DNA from: the human T2T-CHM13v2.0 reference genome, Homo sapiens
Length of the DNA: 64,000 nucleotides
Assembly (NCBI RefSeq): GCF_009914755.1
Contig: NC_060935.1
Strand: one strand, 5' to 3'
Positions 25,349-37,254 of this stretch are shown piece after piece. The translations under genes and the position numbers were made by a program. The notes beneath the pieces were generated by a model, which did not search any database, was not told the DNA's origin, and worked only from the letters and a program-made list of their open reading frames with translations. The stretch's first letter is position 1. The number at the start of each line of letters is the position of its first letter.

Positions 25349-28300
25349 GGGCGGTCTCTACAGCCTGCCTTGCCTGTCTGTCTCTGGGATCGCTCCTCCT
25401 CCTGCTCCTCTCCTGCTCCTGTTGGGCCTTGTGACCACCTGGTTACCTGTAGGTAGGCCTCCATTTAGAGTAGCATTGCCACAGGGATGGATCCTGTCAC
25501 TCCGCACCCCACCCCCAACCCAGTTACCCACACCTGAGCCCTGGTTCCCAGTTGAGGTCACACAGTGCAAGGAGACCTGGGACCTCGCGGCCGCTCGCCC
25601 AACCCAGAGCCTCTGCCCTGGCGTGCGAGGCACCACACCCTCCTCTGTCCTGTGCCGGGCCTGAAGGGACCCCTTCAGATCACAGCTGCCACCACAGCCG
25701 CTGCCTCACGCCGGAGGGCATGACACAGGGGTGGCTTTCCCAGCTGGCTGCCACACAGGAGCTCTAGATGCTTAGCCCGCGCCGTGGAGAGACCTAAAAT
25801 TAAGGCATGACTTAACAGCTTATTTTGTAAGAGAAAAGCTCAACCCAAAGGCAGATTGTTAGTTTGGACTTTATTGCAAGCAGAACTGCTATGATGTGCT
25901 TTTAGCACTGAAGTGAGTTCCACCCTAAGAACAGAAAGTGGCTTCTCTGCTTTCCGTCCCAAGCACAAGTGTATTCACCTTGCAGACTTGAATCACTGAA
26001 GATGTAAGTCAGCTGTTACTCTCATTTTGGGAGACATCCTGTGGACAGCATGAAGACCGTCCCTGATCAAAGTCTTTAGTAAGCAGGAAGGAGTCAAGGT
26101 TAAAGAATGTGTTTGCTTACTCTGGACTACAGTATTTTGGAAAACGAACCAAGGCTTGGGTTTTGCTCTGGAAGCCTGTCCTGCCTGCTTCTGTAATCTG
26201 GCGCTCTCACCATCCAGATCTTGGCCCGTTATGGACACCACCGTCTGTTACTCTTACGATTCTCTGCTCTTTTGGGAGTTCAGACATGGCACCTTATTTC
26301 ACTTTTGAGCTACCCTCTGCCGTCCAGAAACTTAGTGGACCTGTAGAACTATATTGTTCTGCTAAACCTGTGACCACTCACATCTCAAGGTCGCATAATG
26401 GAAAAAATAGAATAGAAACATGGAATATATTAAGATTCATCAGGGGACTTTGACAATTTTTTTCTCTTAACTCCTCCCTTTTGGGTTACTACCAGTGCAT
26501 TCTCAACAATAGGTCGGTGTTGTTGTAAGTGGCCCTGTAACAGTATCCACAGCAGTTCTTGGTGATTTTGATTCATCCACAAAGCATTTTATTACAGCAA
26601 AATAATAAAGGTGCTGGTTTCATTGGCTGCAGGGTACCAGAGAGTAACCCCAAAGCTGAGGTGTGCGCTAAAATCCAGGGGAAGTGGCTGAAGCATTCCA
26701 CAAAGAATTACTTAATCCCTCCACAAGAACATCTTTAGATTTTGAATGTATCCTCAGAGGACAAGGGATCACACAAATGTGCAGCTTATAATCCGGCCAC
26801 ACATGAATTAAGAGTTGAACCCATTGGCCAAAAGCTCCTTGTGAGTCACCTTTCTTCAGATGATTTTGGCATTCTTCCCCTGCTCGTTCACAGGTATTAG
26901 CTGTTCATTCACATAGCCCTGTAACTTTGGAGTGTGTGTTTAGTGGGGTCCTGGCTCCTCAAGTGTGTTGGCTGAAGAACAGGCAGGATATTGCCCTGGG
27001 AAGCAACTGGAGAAGGTTGTGTTCTCATCTTGCCATAGATAGCATTGACCCAGTGGACTCTGGAAACAATTCCAGCATGGTGGGAAACAACTCTGGAGAT
27101 GTAAAATATGTGGCATACATGGTTAATGTACTTGAACACGCTCCTACTCTAAGGGACTACAGGATCAGATAGTGTCTCTATTTTCCACAGTACACTTTAT
27201 CTCTGATGTTTGTAGGAACCCAGCTGCCAACCATAACTGGTTTCATAATTCACAGCCTAATCATCCTTCCTCAAGACATCGAACTGCAGGAAATTGACTG
27301 AAATTCAGTGGGGTTATTATGCAAGATACTAGGCTACATCAGTGTTTAGCAGATAACGAGGCTGGATTTATGCAGTCTACTGGAAGACTTGAAATAGAAA
27401 AAGGCAATGGATTCAAGCGAGTTATAATTATGGCACCAGCAAGCATAAAAGTGGTAGATGGAGACTTTGTTTACTCTGTCCTACAATGCTACCAGGCTGC
27501 TGGGTCCGGTCATTTGTTGGTATGACATCCACGGATTGATAACCAGCCATCTGTCTTAAGTCCTTAGATCTAAATCCCAAAAGTCACACTTATCAAGACC
27601 TGGAATCTTGGACCTAGACCCTGCCTATTTCATCATGTCCCAAGCTGGCTTGAGCTCTCTCCATACTCAGGCTGTGATGCAGGAGCATGTGGAGAAATAC
27701 ATCTGCGAAGCTACAAAAGAACATGGTACCATGCAGGCAGAACCACCTCTCATGGTTGTTCCTTTTGAAACAAACAAAAGCAGAAACAGTCGCACTTTTT
27801 GATGTTACTCAGAATAATGAAAAAAATAAGAGATGGTTCAGAAAGTGGATTATTCAGCTCATTTCCAGAGAAAGTACACCTCAGTGCAGTGGAATCACCA
27901 TCAGAGAAAAATGCTGGTGGCATCTCTGTTCCTGAGGTCCCCATCAAATTGAAACCCTACAGACCCCCATAGCAGATACATACAACCTTGTGTGGAGGGC
28001 AGGCAAGGAAAGTGGACTGCCCATCAATGCCTATTTTGTGAAGTATCAAAATCTGGAGTATGAAGTTGGTGTGGTGGGAAGTTGGCACAGGGTTTGAATC
28101 CCAGGAGGTGAAAGTGAGCTTCATTTAGCTGAAATAGAGCCATCTAGTCTTTATGAACTCTTGATGGTAGCAAGAAGTGCTGCAGGTGAAAACCCACCTG
28201 CCATGCTTACCTTCTGAACCAGCAAAGAAAAAACAACATCATCAAAAAACACCCAGGCATCCTCTCAACCCACAAGCACCCCCGAGTATCCTGTTGTTTC

Positions 28301-29420
28301 AGAAGCTTCAAACAACAATTTTGGAGTGGTGCTTACAGATTCATCTAGGCACAGTGGTGCTCCAGAGGCACCAGATCACCTGATTATCTCCACTGCATCA
28401 GAGAGGTTGGTCTATGTCACTTGAATTCCTTGGGCAGATGGGAATTCTTCAATCCCTGCCTTCGAGGTCAAATATAAATGGATGAGGACCAGTGACTGGC
28501 TGGTGGCAGCTGAAGATATCCTTCCTTCCAAAATTTCTGTGGAAGTTTGTAGTATAGAACCAGGTTCAACATACAAATTTAGGGTCGTTGCTATCAACCA
28601 TTATGAAGAGAGTTTTCAGAGTTCAGCGTCTCATCCTTACCTGGTGACTGGGTTCCCCAAACTTTTTTCCAACTGTCCAATAATGGACCTCACATTGTGT
28701 ACACGGAGGCTGTCAGCATTACTCAGATTGTGCTAAAGTGGACATACATTCCGTGAAATAATAACGCTTCCATTCTTTTATATCTATTACCGACCCACAG
28801 ATAATGACAATGACAATGTTTATAAGAGGGATGTTACAGAAGGTTCAAAGGAGTGGCACGTGATTGGCCATCTGCTGTCAGAAACTTCCTATGGCATTAA
28901 AATGCAGTGCTTCAGTGAAGGAGAAGAAAGTGAGTTTAGCAGTATGATGATCTGCGAGACTAAAGTAAAATGCGTTCCTGGAGCTTCTGAGTATCCGAAA
29001 GACTTGAGTACCCGTCTGAATTCCTCAGGAAGTGAAGGAAATGTGAGGCCAGCAACCAGCCCTGACAGAAGCAGTGACCTGTTCTATCTGATCCTTGGCT
29101 GTATGCTGGGTGTCTTGGGCCTCATTCTTATGGTTTTCATTGAAATGTGCCTGCGGAGGAATCGCCAGCAGAATATCATACAGAAATATGACCCTCCAGG
29201 ATACCTCTATCAAGGATCAGATATTAATGGGCAGATGATGTAATACACCACTCTCTCAGGAGCAAATGAGATAAATGGAAGTGTTCATGGAGGTTTACTG
29301 AGCCATGTCGGTCTCAGCAGTGGCTGTTCCCACCTTCACCATAAGGTTCTCAATGGAGTCAGTGTAATTGTGAATGGGAGCTTAAATGAAGGACTTTACT
29401 CTGGGCACACCAACTCTCTT
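25349..29420 (+). pseudogene. CDON processed pseudogene, copy 1 (5' leader, Ig and FN3 domains, TM, start of cytoplasmic tail; 3' truncated)
   Basis: Intronless translations [84 protein letters not shown] match CDON. ATG lost; many stops and frameshifts. Confidence 0.93.
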
Positions 29421-29617
29421 ACAGCAATGGGAATGGAGCTGGAGGTTGTAATCCTAAGCAAATTAATGCAGGATCAGAAAATTAAATGCTGTTATGTTCT
29501 CACTTATAATTGGGAGCTAAGCATTGAACACACAGAGACATCAGTATGGGCAAAATAGACTCTGTGGTCTACTTGTGAGTGGAGGGAGAGGGATGGGTTT
29601 AAAAAACTACTTATGGG
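29421..29617 (+). mobile_element. Duplicate of the L1 3' segment preceding CDON copy 1
   Basis: GGAGCTGGAGG...AATCCTAAGCAAATT...GAACACACAGAGACATCAGTATGGGCAAAATAGACTCTGTGG parallels ~25155-25348. Confidence 0.88.
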
Positions 29618-32295
29618 AGGCGGCCTCTACAGCTGGCCTCGCTTGTCTCTCACAGGATCCCTCCTCTTGCTCCTGGCATGCTCCGGGCAGCCCTGAACCC
29701 GCCCAGTTACATGTCCACTCCCCTCCGCCTGGAGGAGCGCTGCCGCGGGGGCGCGCCCCAGGTCCCCTATCCAGAGCCCTGATGCCCGGATCCAGAGTCA
29801 AGGTGCCAGAAGAACCAGGACCCAGCGCCCGCCTGACCTACCCAGCGCCTGCGTCCTGGCCTGCAAGACACCGCGCGCCCTCCTCTGCCCTGCGTAGTGC
29901 ATGGAGGGGCCCCTTCGGATCGCAGCCGCTGCCACCATAGCCGCTTCCATAGTAGCCACCGTGGCGTCGGAGGGAAGGACCTGAGGGTGGCTTTCCCAGC
30001 CGGCTGCCCCACAGGAACTCCGGATGCTTAGCCTGCTCGGCCGAGAGACCTAAAATCAAGGCATGACTTAACAGCTTATCTTGTAGGAGAACAGCTCAAC
30101 CCAAAGGCAGATTGCTAGTCTGGACTTTATTACAAGCAGGGCTGCGGTGACGTTTATAGCACTGAAGTGAACTCCGTTGTAAGTACAGAAAGTGGCTTCT
30201 CTGCTTTCCCCCCGAAGCACAATCATATACACCTTGCAGACTTGAATCACTGAAGATGTAAGCCAACTGTTACTCTGAGTTTTGGAGACTCCCTATGGAC
30301 AGCATGAAGACTGATCAAAGTCTTTAGTAAGCAGGAAGGAGTCAATGTTAAGGAATGCGTCTGATTACCCTGAATTGTAGTACCTTGGAAAGTGAACCAA
30401 GGCCTGGGTTTTGCTCTGGAAGCCTGCCTTGCCTGCTTCTGTAATCTGGCACTCTGCATGTGAATCTTGGACCCATATGGACACTGCTGTATGTTACTGT
30501 CATGATTCTCTGCTCTTCCATGAGTTCAGACTTGGCGCCTTATTTTACTTCTGAGCCACTCTCTACCGTCCAGAAACATGGTGGACCTGCAGAACTACAT
30601 TGTTCTGCCAAACCTGTGACCACTCATAGCTCATGGTTGCATAATGTAAAAAAGTAGGATAGAAACATGGAACATATACAGATTCATCAGGGGACTTTGA
30701 CAATTCTTTCTCTTAACTCCTCTCTTTTGGGTTTCTACCAATCCCTTGCCAACAATAGCGTTGGTATTATTTTGAGTGGCCCTGTAACAGTATCCGTGGC
30801 AGTTTTTGGTGATCTTGGTTCATCCACAAAGTGTGTTATTACAGAGGAGGAAAAAAGTGCTGTCAGGATAATAGAAACGATGTCAGCTGTGATCGCACAG
30901 AAAATCCAGAAGAGTTCAGCAGAGGAGACAGCTGTGTCTATTCAGAAACAGACAGCAACAATTTACATTGGAATCCTCTTATTTTGCCACCTATCTCAGA
31001 GGACGGTGCTGAAAAGACAACATGGCCTCCGCCTGGTGTTCCTTTGGACAGCCCCTCAGGGGTCCTCCAGCAGCCCCAGGAAACTGGAGGATGTGCAAAC
31101 AACCAGTCATCTTCTGACTTCAAGCCTGTAACCAACTGCACAAAACAGGCCTGGGAGTGAACTGTGTGAAGGATCTTAACTCAAATCAGAGAAAATCATT
31201 CTTTATTTTTTTTGCAGTATAATGTCATGTGAATGTATCCTAAAAATGTGTGCCCTTTTGTATTATTTATGCCTTAAAAGTTTTCTTACCCATTGCTTCC
31301 TTGCGCTCAGTAAGAAACAACCTTGTTTTGCATAGCTTTCAATCACCTGGAGGGCAGAGGGATCATTCCATATTTTCTAACAACTGTAGTGGCAGTAAGA
31401 ACTCCTCATGCAAACGATTCCATCTCTTGGCTGCTTCAGCTCAGAGGAAATGCAGGGGCCAATTGAAGGTTGACACCAGTCAGGTTTTCAGATGGAAAAC
31501 TGTCTTTTAATAGTGTATTATCAAACTTTCTGAGAACACTTTGAAGTCAACCACGGTTTTGACCCAGTGTTTATAATAGCAGACCTGGCTGATGAATTTT
31601 AAAAGAGTGCCTTCCACTAAAGTGGTAATGTGACCAGACAACATTCTCCCTATCTGCACGCAGGCACAAATGATGTTCAGTCTTCTAGTCACTAGTCATA
31701 AGCAGTGTCGTGGACATGGTAGAGTGTAAGATGTAGTTGAATGGTTGCAGTATGCAGAAAAGGAACCAAGGCCGGAGAGACAAATAATGCTTTACTATCC
31801 CTCTGCATTAAAATTACATTGATTCATAAAATGGCCGGTACGGTATGGGGCTCTTTTTGACTGTTTCTAAGAGTAGGAACAAAATAAGACTTTAAGTCGT
31901 GGCTTGAAAAGAAAGACACACATTTTCAGAAGAAAAAAGGGGAGGGCTGCAGGGAGCCTCTCTTGGAGGGAGCTCTTCCGTCTGCTCCATTAGCCTAGGA
32001 GCATGCTCATGGTGTCACACTGCCAGAAACTAGTCATTCTCTCACTTCCAACAGGGGCAACAGCCTGAAGGTGTGAGTGTCAGAAAATACTTATTCTGGA
32101 AGAAAAGGTGTTTGTTGTTCTTGTTGTTTATTTTATGAAGTTTCCTGACTTTTTTCTCCAGAATGTCTTCCTTTTAAACAGGCACCAAAAGCATTGGTCA
32201 GCAGAGCTCCTGACCACTGCTGCCTCTGTGTGACAAGGACATTGGAGCTGTCTTTGGAAGGATCTCCTCCACATTAATAAATGATTATGATATAT
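29618..32295 (+). pseudogene. CDON processed pseudogene, copy 2 (5' leader, first Ig domain, large internal deletion, C-terminus, 3'UTR)
   Basis: [53 protein letters not shown] joined at ~30860 to [35 protein letters not shown] at 32276. Flanked by TSD-like AAAAACTAC(T/C)TAT(T)GGG at 29602-29617 and 32301-32317, where L1 resumes. Confidence 0.92.
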
Positions 32296-32349
32296 TTTTT
32301 AAAAACTACCTATTGGGTACTATGCTGACTACTAAGGTGACAGGATCCG

Positions 32350-32800
32350 TATTCCAAAGACAAGGGTAATGGAAACATAACAATTCTATAGTCATTTATA
32401 TTTCAATAGCATTATACTCTTTTAACCATCCTCATCTTGTATATAATCTCATTGTATATTAGAATACAGCTATTAGAGCAATAACAAAGAATGGATAAAT
32501 ACAGTCAGCTTTTTGTTTTTGTTTTGTTTAGTTTTGTTTTTGAGACAGGCTCTCACTCTGTCGCCCAGGTTGGAGTGCAGTGGTAAGATCACGCCTCACT
32601 GCAGGGTCGACCTCCCCAGATCAAACAGTCCTCCAACCTCAGCCTCCCAAATAGCTGGATAGAGGCTGAACTGCCATGCCTGAGTAATTTTGTTGTTGCT
32701 GTTGTTGGAGAGAGAGGGTCTCACCCTATTGCCCAGGCTTCTCTCCAACTCCTGGCTCAAGTGATCGTCCCACCTCAGCCTCTAAAAGTGCTAGGACTAT
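32350..32800 (-). repeat. Inverted duplicate (unique flank + AluJ) of 34473-34918
   Basis: AACCATCCTCATCTTGTATATAATCTCATTGTATATTAGAATAC pairs with GTATTCTAATATACAATGAGATTATATGCAAGATGAGGATGGTT; the Alus share CCTCTAA...GACTAT. Confidence 0.88.
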
Positions 32801-33129
32801 ATATATATATATATATATGAAAAATAGTGCTTGGAAAATTAGCTTACTGATTGAAAAATATACATATGAATGACTGCTTTGAAATATATATGTATATTAT
32901 ATATATGCACACACATATATACGTATATATATATGCAACCTTCATCTGAGGGTAGGTATGCTTTTGGCTTCTGAGATGAACATATTCATGATGATAAATG
33001 TTTACCATGAATTCAGCTAAACATGAAACTCAGCAATCTTTGTATCTATTTATCTCTATTTCTACCCAAATCTGTATTTCGAAAGTTGTGGCTAAGCCTT
33101 CCTAGTTAGTTAGATTTTTATCCTTTACC

Positions 33130-33900
33130 ATTCAATGTGTGTGTGACGTGGAGACTGTTTTCACAGATCAAGAAGTTGACAATTATGTCCCACATTCAGT
33201 GGACTAACAGCTCAGAGATCCTCTCTCTGGTTACTGCTATGACAGTGCATGGTCAATCTTCCAGATCACCGGAGATGATTGTGATTTTATTTTTAAGTCT
33301 AGCTTCTAGGAATCACTCCCTGGAACAGAATAATTTATTGTTCACCCAGTGTTCACTCAGAATTTGTGCTTTAGCTCTTCAGCCAGTAGGGCTAAAGGCT
33401 CTTTATTGATGAATCAGTGGTTAGCTTGGGGAGCGCTTACAAATTTGTCCGCATTCCGCCTTGATGCTCTTGAGTGGGTGCAGTCTAGCACAGATACACA
33501 GCCTTCCAGATTTCCAGAAATTAGAGATCCTAAGACACTTTTTCTTGGCTTTCTCTTTGCCTGGTTTTCTCTGGTAAACTTCTGGCTGGCTGTCAGAAGT
33601 TTATTTCTTGCTACAAAGCATGCTAAAGATTCCAAGCTCCTCTTTAATGTTCCCAACCAAGGTCTCCATTGTTTTTGACAACGCCCTTGGGAATGTACCT
33701 CTTCATGACCGATTCAAAATCAATCATTACTGTGAGGCATTGAGCAAAGCTCTCAGTTTTTACAGCCTGTCAGTCCTCCTAGATGAATCTCTGCATCACT
33801 GCAAAGGAGTTGACAGGGGCTTCTCCAGCACTCACACACGCTCTACAAGTCTGTGCTGGGGTAGGTAGGGGGATGGTGTCTCCCGGTGTTTTGTCTTATC
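33130..33900 (-). mobile_element. Probable ancient L1M 5' region
   Basis: Minus-strand GGGCGTTGTCAAAAACAATGG and AAATAAAATCACAATCATCTCCGGTGATCTGGAAGA resemble recalled L1M4/L1MC 5' sequence. Confidence 0.4.
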
Positions 33901-34448
33901 CCTTGAGGGATGGAAGATACAGCCAGTGGGAAACTTGGGCATAGCAACCCTAGACCTGCTGTTCCGGGGTGGAGATTCTACCCTATCAGTGGAGGTTGTA
34001 TGTGCATTATCTCATCCAGTCCTCACAATTAGAAGAGAAACATATTTCTCTCAAAAACTTATAAGAACAGCCAATTAAACTGAAGTTTACATTATTGGCC
34101 ATATTTATGCCAGGCATGGTGGCTCATGCCTATAATTCCCAGTACTTTGAGAGGCTGAGGTTGGAGGATCACTTTCTCTTACAATTGTAGGACAGAATAA
34201 GATAATTCACTTAAAATTTGATTATCCACTTCCTGTATCTAGTATTCCTTCTATTAATTCAAGTCATTCTCTATGAAGGAATTTTCATATTTTTGTGAAT
34301 TATTCTTAAACATTAAGAACTATTCTTATGAAGGGGCAATCATAAAGTAATTCACGTTCAAGAACACATTTTAAGACACAGATTATTCTTATAATGAAAG
34401 AGAGTGAAACACAAATAATTTAAACTTCAGTTGAATTGGCTGTATTTA

Positions 34449-34760
34449 GGCCTGGCATAGTGGCTTATGCCTATAGTCCCAGCACTGTTAGAGGCTGAGG
34501 TGGGAGGATGACTTGAGCTAGGAGCTTGAGAGAAGCCTGGGCAACAGGGTGAGACCCTGTCTCTCCAACAACAGCAACAACAAAATTACTTGGGCATGAC
34601 AGTTCAGCCTGTAGTCCAGCTATTTGGGAGGCTGAGGTTGGAGGATTGCTTGATCTGGGGAGGTCGAGGCTGCAGTGAGCCGTGATCTCACCAGTGCACT
34701 ACAACCTGGGTGACAGAGTGAGAGCCTGTCTCAAAAACAAAACAAAACAAAAGCAAAAAG
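34449..34760 (+). mobile_element. AluJ
   Basis: Sense Alu with (CAAAA)n tail. Confidence 0.92.
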
Positions 34761-35157
34761 CTGACCGTATTTATCCATTCTTCTTTACTGCTCTAATAGT
34801 AGTATTCTAATATACAATGAGATTATATGCAAGATGAGGATGGTTAAAACAGTATAATGCTATTAAAATATAAATGACTACAGAACTGTATGTTTGCATT
34901 ACTCCTATCATTGAAATAACCCATTATGCAACCCATCTGTCATTAAACTTTTGGATCAGAGTTAATCCTTATAAATGGAGTCAGCCTTTTTTAGACTTTG
35001 TTCTCAGCAACCCTCATTAAAGGAGGCATTCCCTGATTGCTTTAAATAAATTCAAAAAACACATATCAGAAACTTTTGATATGTTTGTGGTGTGCCATAT
35101 TGCCAGTAATTAAATTAAATACTAGAAAATACACCATTAAATATGATATTTGATATA

Positions 35158-35516
35158 CAGTTGGACCTCCATATAAATGGGTTCTGCACCCATGGATTCA
35201 ACTCATCATGGATTAAAAAATTTCAGGAAAAAAAATTGAATGATTACATTTTCACTGAACATGTGCAGACTTTTTTTGCTTGTCGTTATTCCCTAAATAA
35301 TACAGTGTAACAACTACTTACACTTAATGCATTTACATTGCATTAAGTATTTTAAGTAATCTAGAGATAATTAAAGTACATGGGAGGATGTGCTTAGACT
35401 ACATGTAAATACTTCCCCATCTTATGTAAGGACATCTGAGGATTATTAGCATCTAAGGATTTTAGTATCTGCGGGGAGTCCTGGAACCAATTTCCAGTCG
35501 ATACTTAAGGAAAGGC
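35158..35516 (+). mobile_element. MER2 DNA transposon
   Basis: CAGTTGGACCTCCATA...ATGGATTCAAC...AAGTAATCTAGAGAT...GTCCTGGAACCAAT. Confidence 0.85.
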
Positions 35517-36610
35517 TTCATACAAAATTAACATGATCAAAATATAGGTATTTCTGATAATAAGGATATTTTACTGCACATGTATTTTAAAAACTTCAAA
35601 GACCTAAATAAATTTGGAGTTTTATTAAAATGTAATGAGGCTTCTGAGTATTCTGTATTTTCTGAAGCAAAAAGTGAGTCTTACTTTCTATTCTGGTAAT
35701 GACATGTTCCCAGGTAACTGTCTGCAGGATGCCATCGGTGAAATTACTAAAGTCTTACAGGTTTTCAGTCTTTTTATCTGTATCATTTTCACTCTCTTAA
35801 GATCTGTGTCCATCGATAGTTTGTTCTTGAGCTAAAGAAAATTGACTGAACCTATCAATTTGATAAGCAGTCCAATTTATAACTTTATTAAATAATATTT
35901 CTCAGTATCCCTGTTGATTTTGGTTACATTCAGTTGCCAAAATCAATAGGAATACAGGGGTAAATTTGGTAGCCTTTTAAACAGTTGCATCATATGTTTT
36001 TATCAATTATTTTGTGCATTTATTCTTTTATTCAAACAGACAATTAATGAATATCAGTTATATTTTAAGCATTGTGTACTTTCGTGGAATATACCTGTGT
36101 GTAGTACAAACACAATCCTTTTCTTGTAATTTGAGAAGCAGAAAAGATGCCTACTATTACACCGTGAGTTTTACAAAGAAAAGTATAAGGCTTTCTGAGT
36201 CTTTAAAACAAATAGCCTAATCTAGTCCAGGAGCTAAAGAAAGAATTCCCTGAAGAAATGTTGGAACTTACACTTGATGAAATGGGACTTAGCAGATGTG
36301 GAACAGAGAAAAGAAAATTCCAGTTCAGGGGGAAGAAACCTGTGCTCTTGCATTAACCCATCAGTTTGGATAAACACACTCAGGTATTCATATACCTGGG
36401 CTGGCTTGGAAATCAAGGGAAAGAAAAGATACAGCATATAAGAGAAGACATGCGCAGTATTCTAAGAGAGAGTAGTAGTTTAATGAAAATCAAAACAAAT
36501 GTATACCTCCACACTTTTAAAAATGGTACAAAGTTTCATAGAAAAAGATAAAGAATGTCAAGTAGTCAGTAGTTAGCATTCTCAGAAGTTGGTGTTTCTG
36601 ATACCTTTAG

Positions 36611-37133
36611 TCACGTTACTGACCTCTCTCTGATTCTGTGAGTGCAAAGCAAAGCAAAACAAAGCAAAGTTGTAAGAGGGTAAGGGAAAGAACCAGAGAG
36701 GCTACAGATGAGAAAACTGTTGGCCACATTAACAAAGCTTACCATGCCACATTCATAATCTAGAAACACCCCCATCTGGCCTAGAGGCCTTTCTGTATAC
36801 TGAGATAATAGTGGGGAAGAGGTCTTGAGATGACACCAGTAGCCTTCTTGACACAAAAAAGTAGAAAAAATTTCTTGGAGTTAACCAGCATGTCATTTCT
36901 CATTGTCCAAGAATCATTGCAAAATCCAACAGCCCAGTTCCAGCACTGCCCAACGTCCACCTCTCAGTAATATCTTCCAAAAGTGAATGGCAGGGCTCGC
37001 CATCAAGAAAACACTTAGATTTTGTTGGAGTTGGGGCAATGTTGAGATAATCAGAACCAAAGAGTAGCTGTCTCAGAACTTCAAACAAGGGGAATGTACC
37101 AAGTGGTTATTTTATTATCCCAGGAAATATGCA
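36611..37133 (-). pseudogene. Degenerate SPRY exon of a second TRIM49/43/51-family gene
   Basis: Acceptor CCTGCAG|TG at 37133; translation VHISWDNK...FGRYY*EVDVGQCWNWAVGFCNDSW...ERPLGQMGVFLDYECGMVSFVNV with a stop and frameshifts. Confidence 0.85.
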
Positions 37134-37254
37134 CTGCAGGAACAAGAAAACAGTCACACGAAAACATAGTGTTATAAACTTCTAATGGATGTGGGCTTTA
37201 CATAGTGTCTACGTATGCCAGGTTATCCCTGGAAATATGGGTCAGGACAGCAGG

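Noticed and set aside
26109-31160. CDON-like ORFs as a functional gene
   Set aside because: Intronless, ATG lost, many stops, frameshifts and large deletions.
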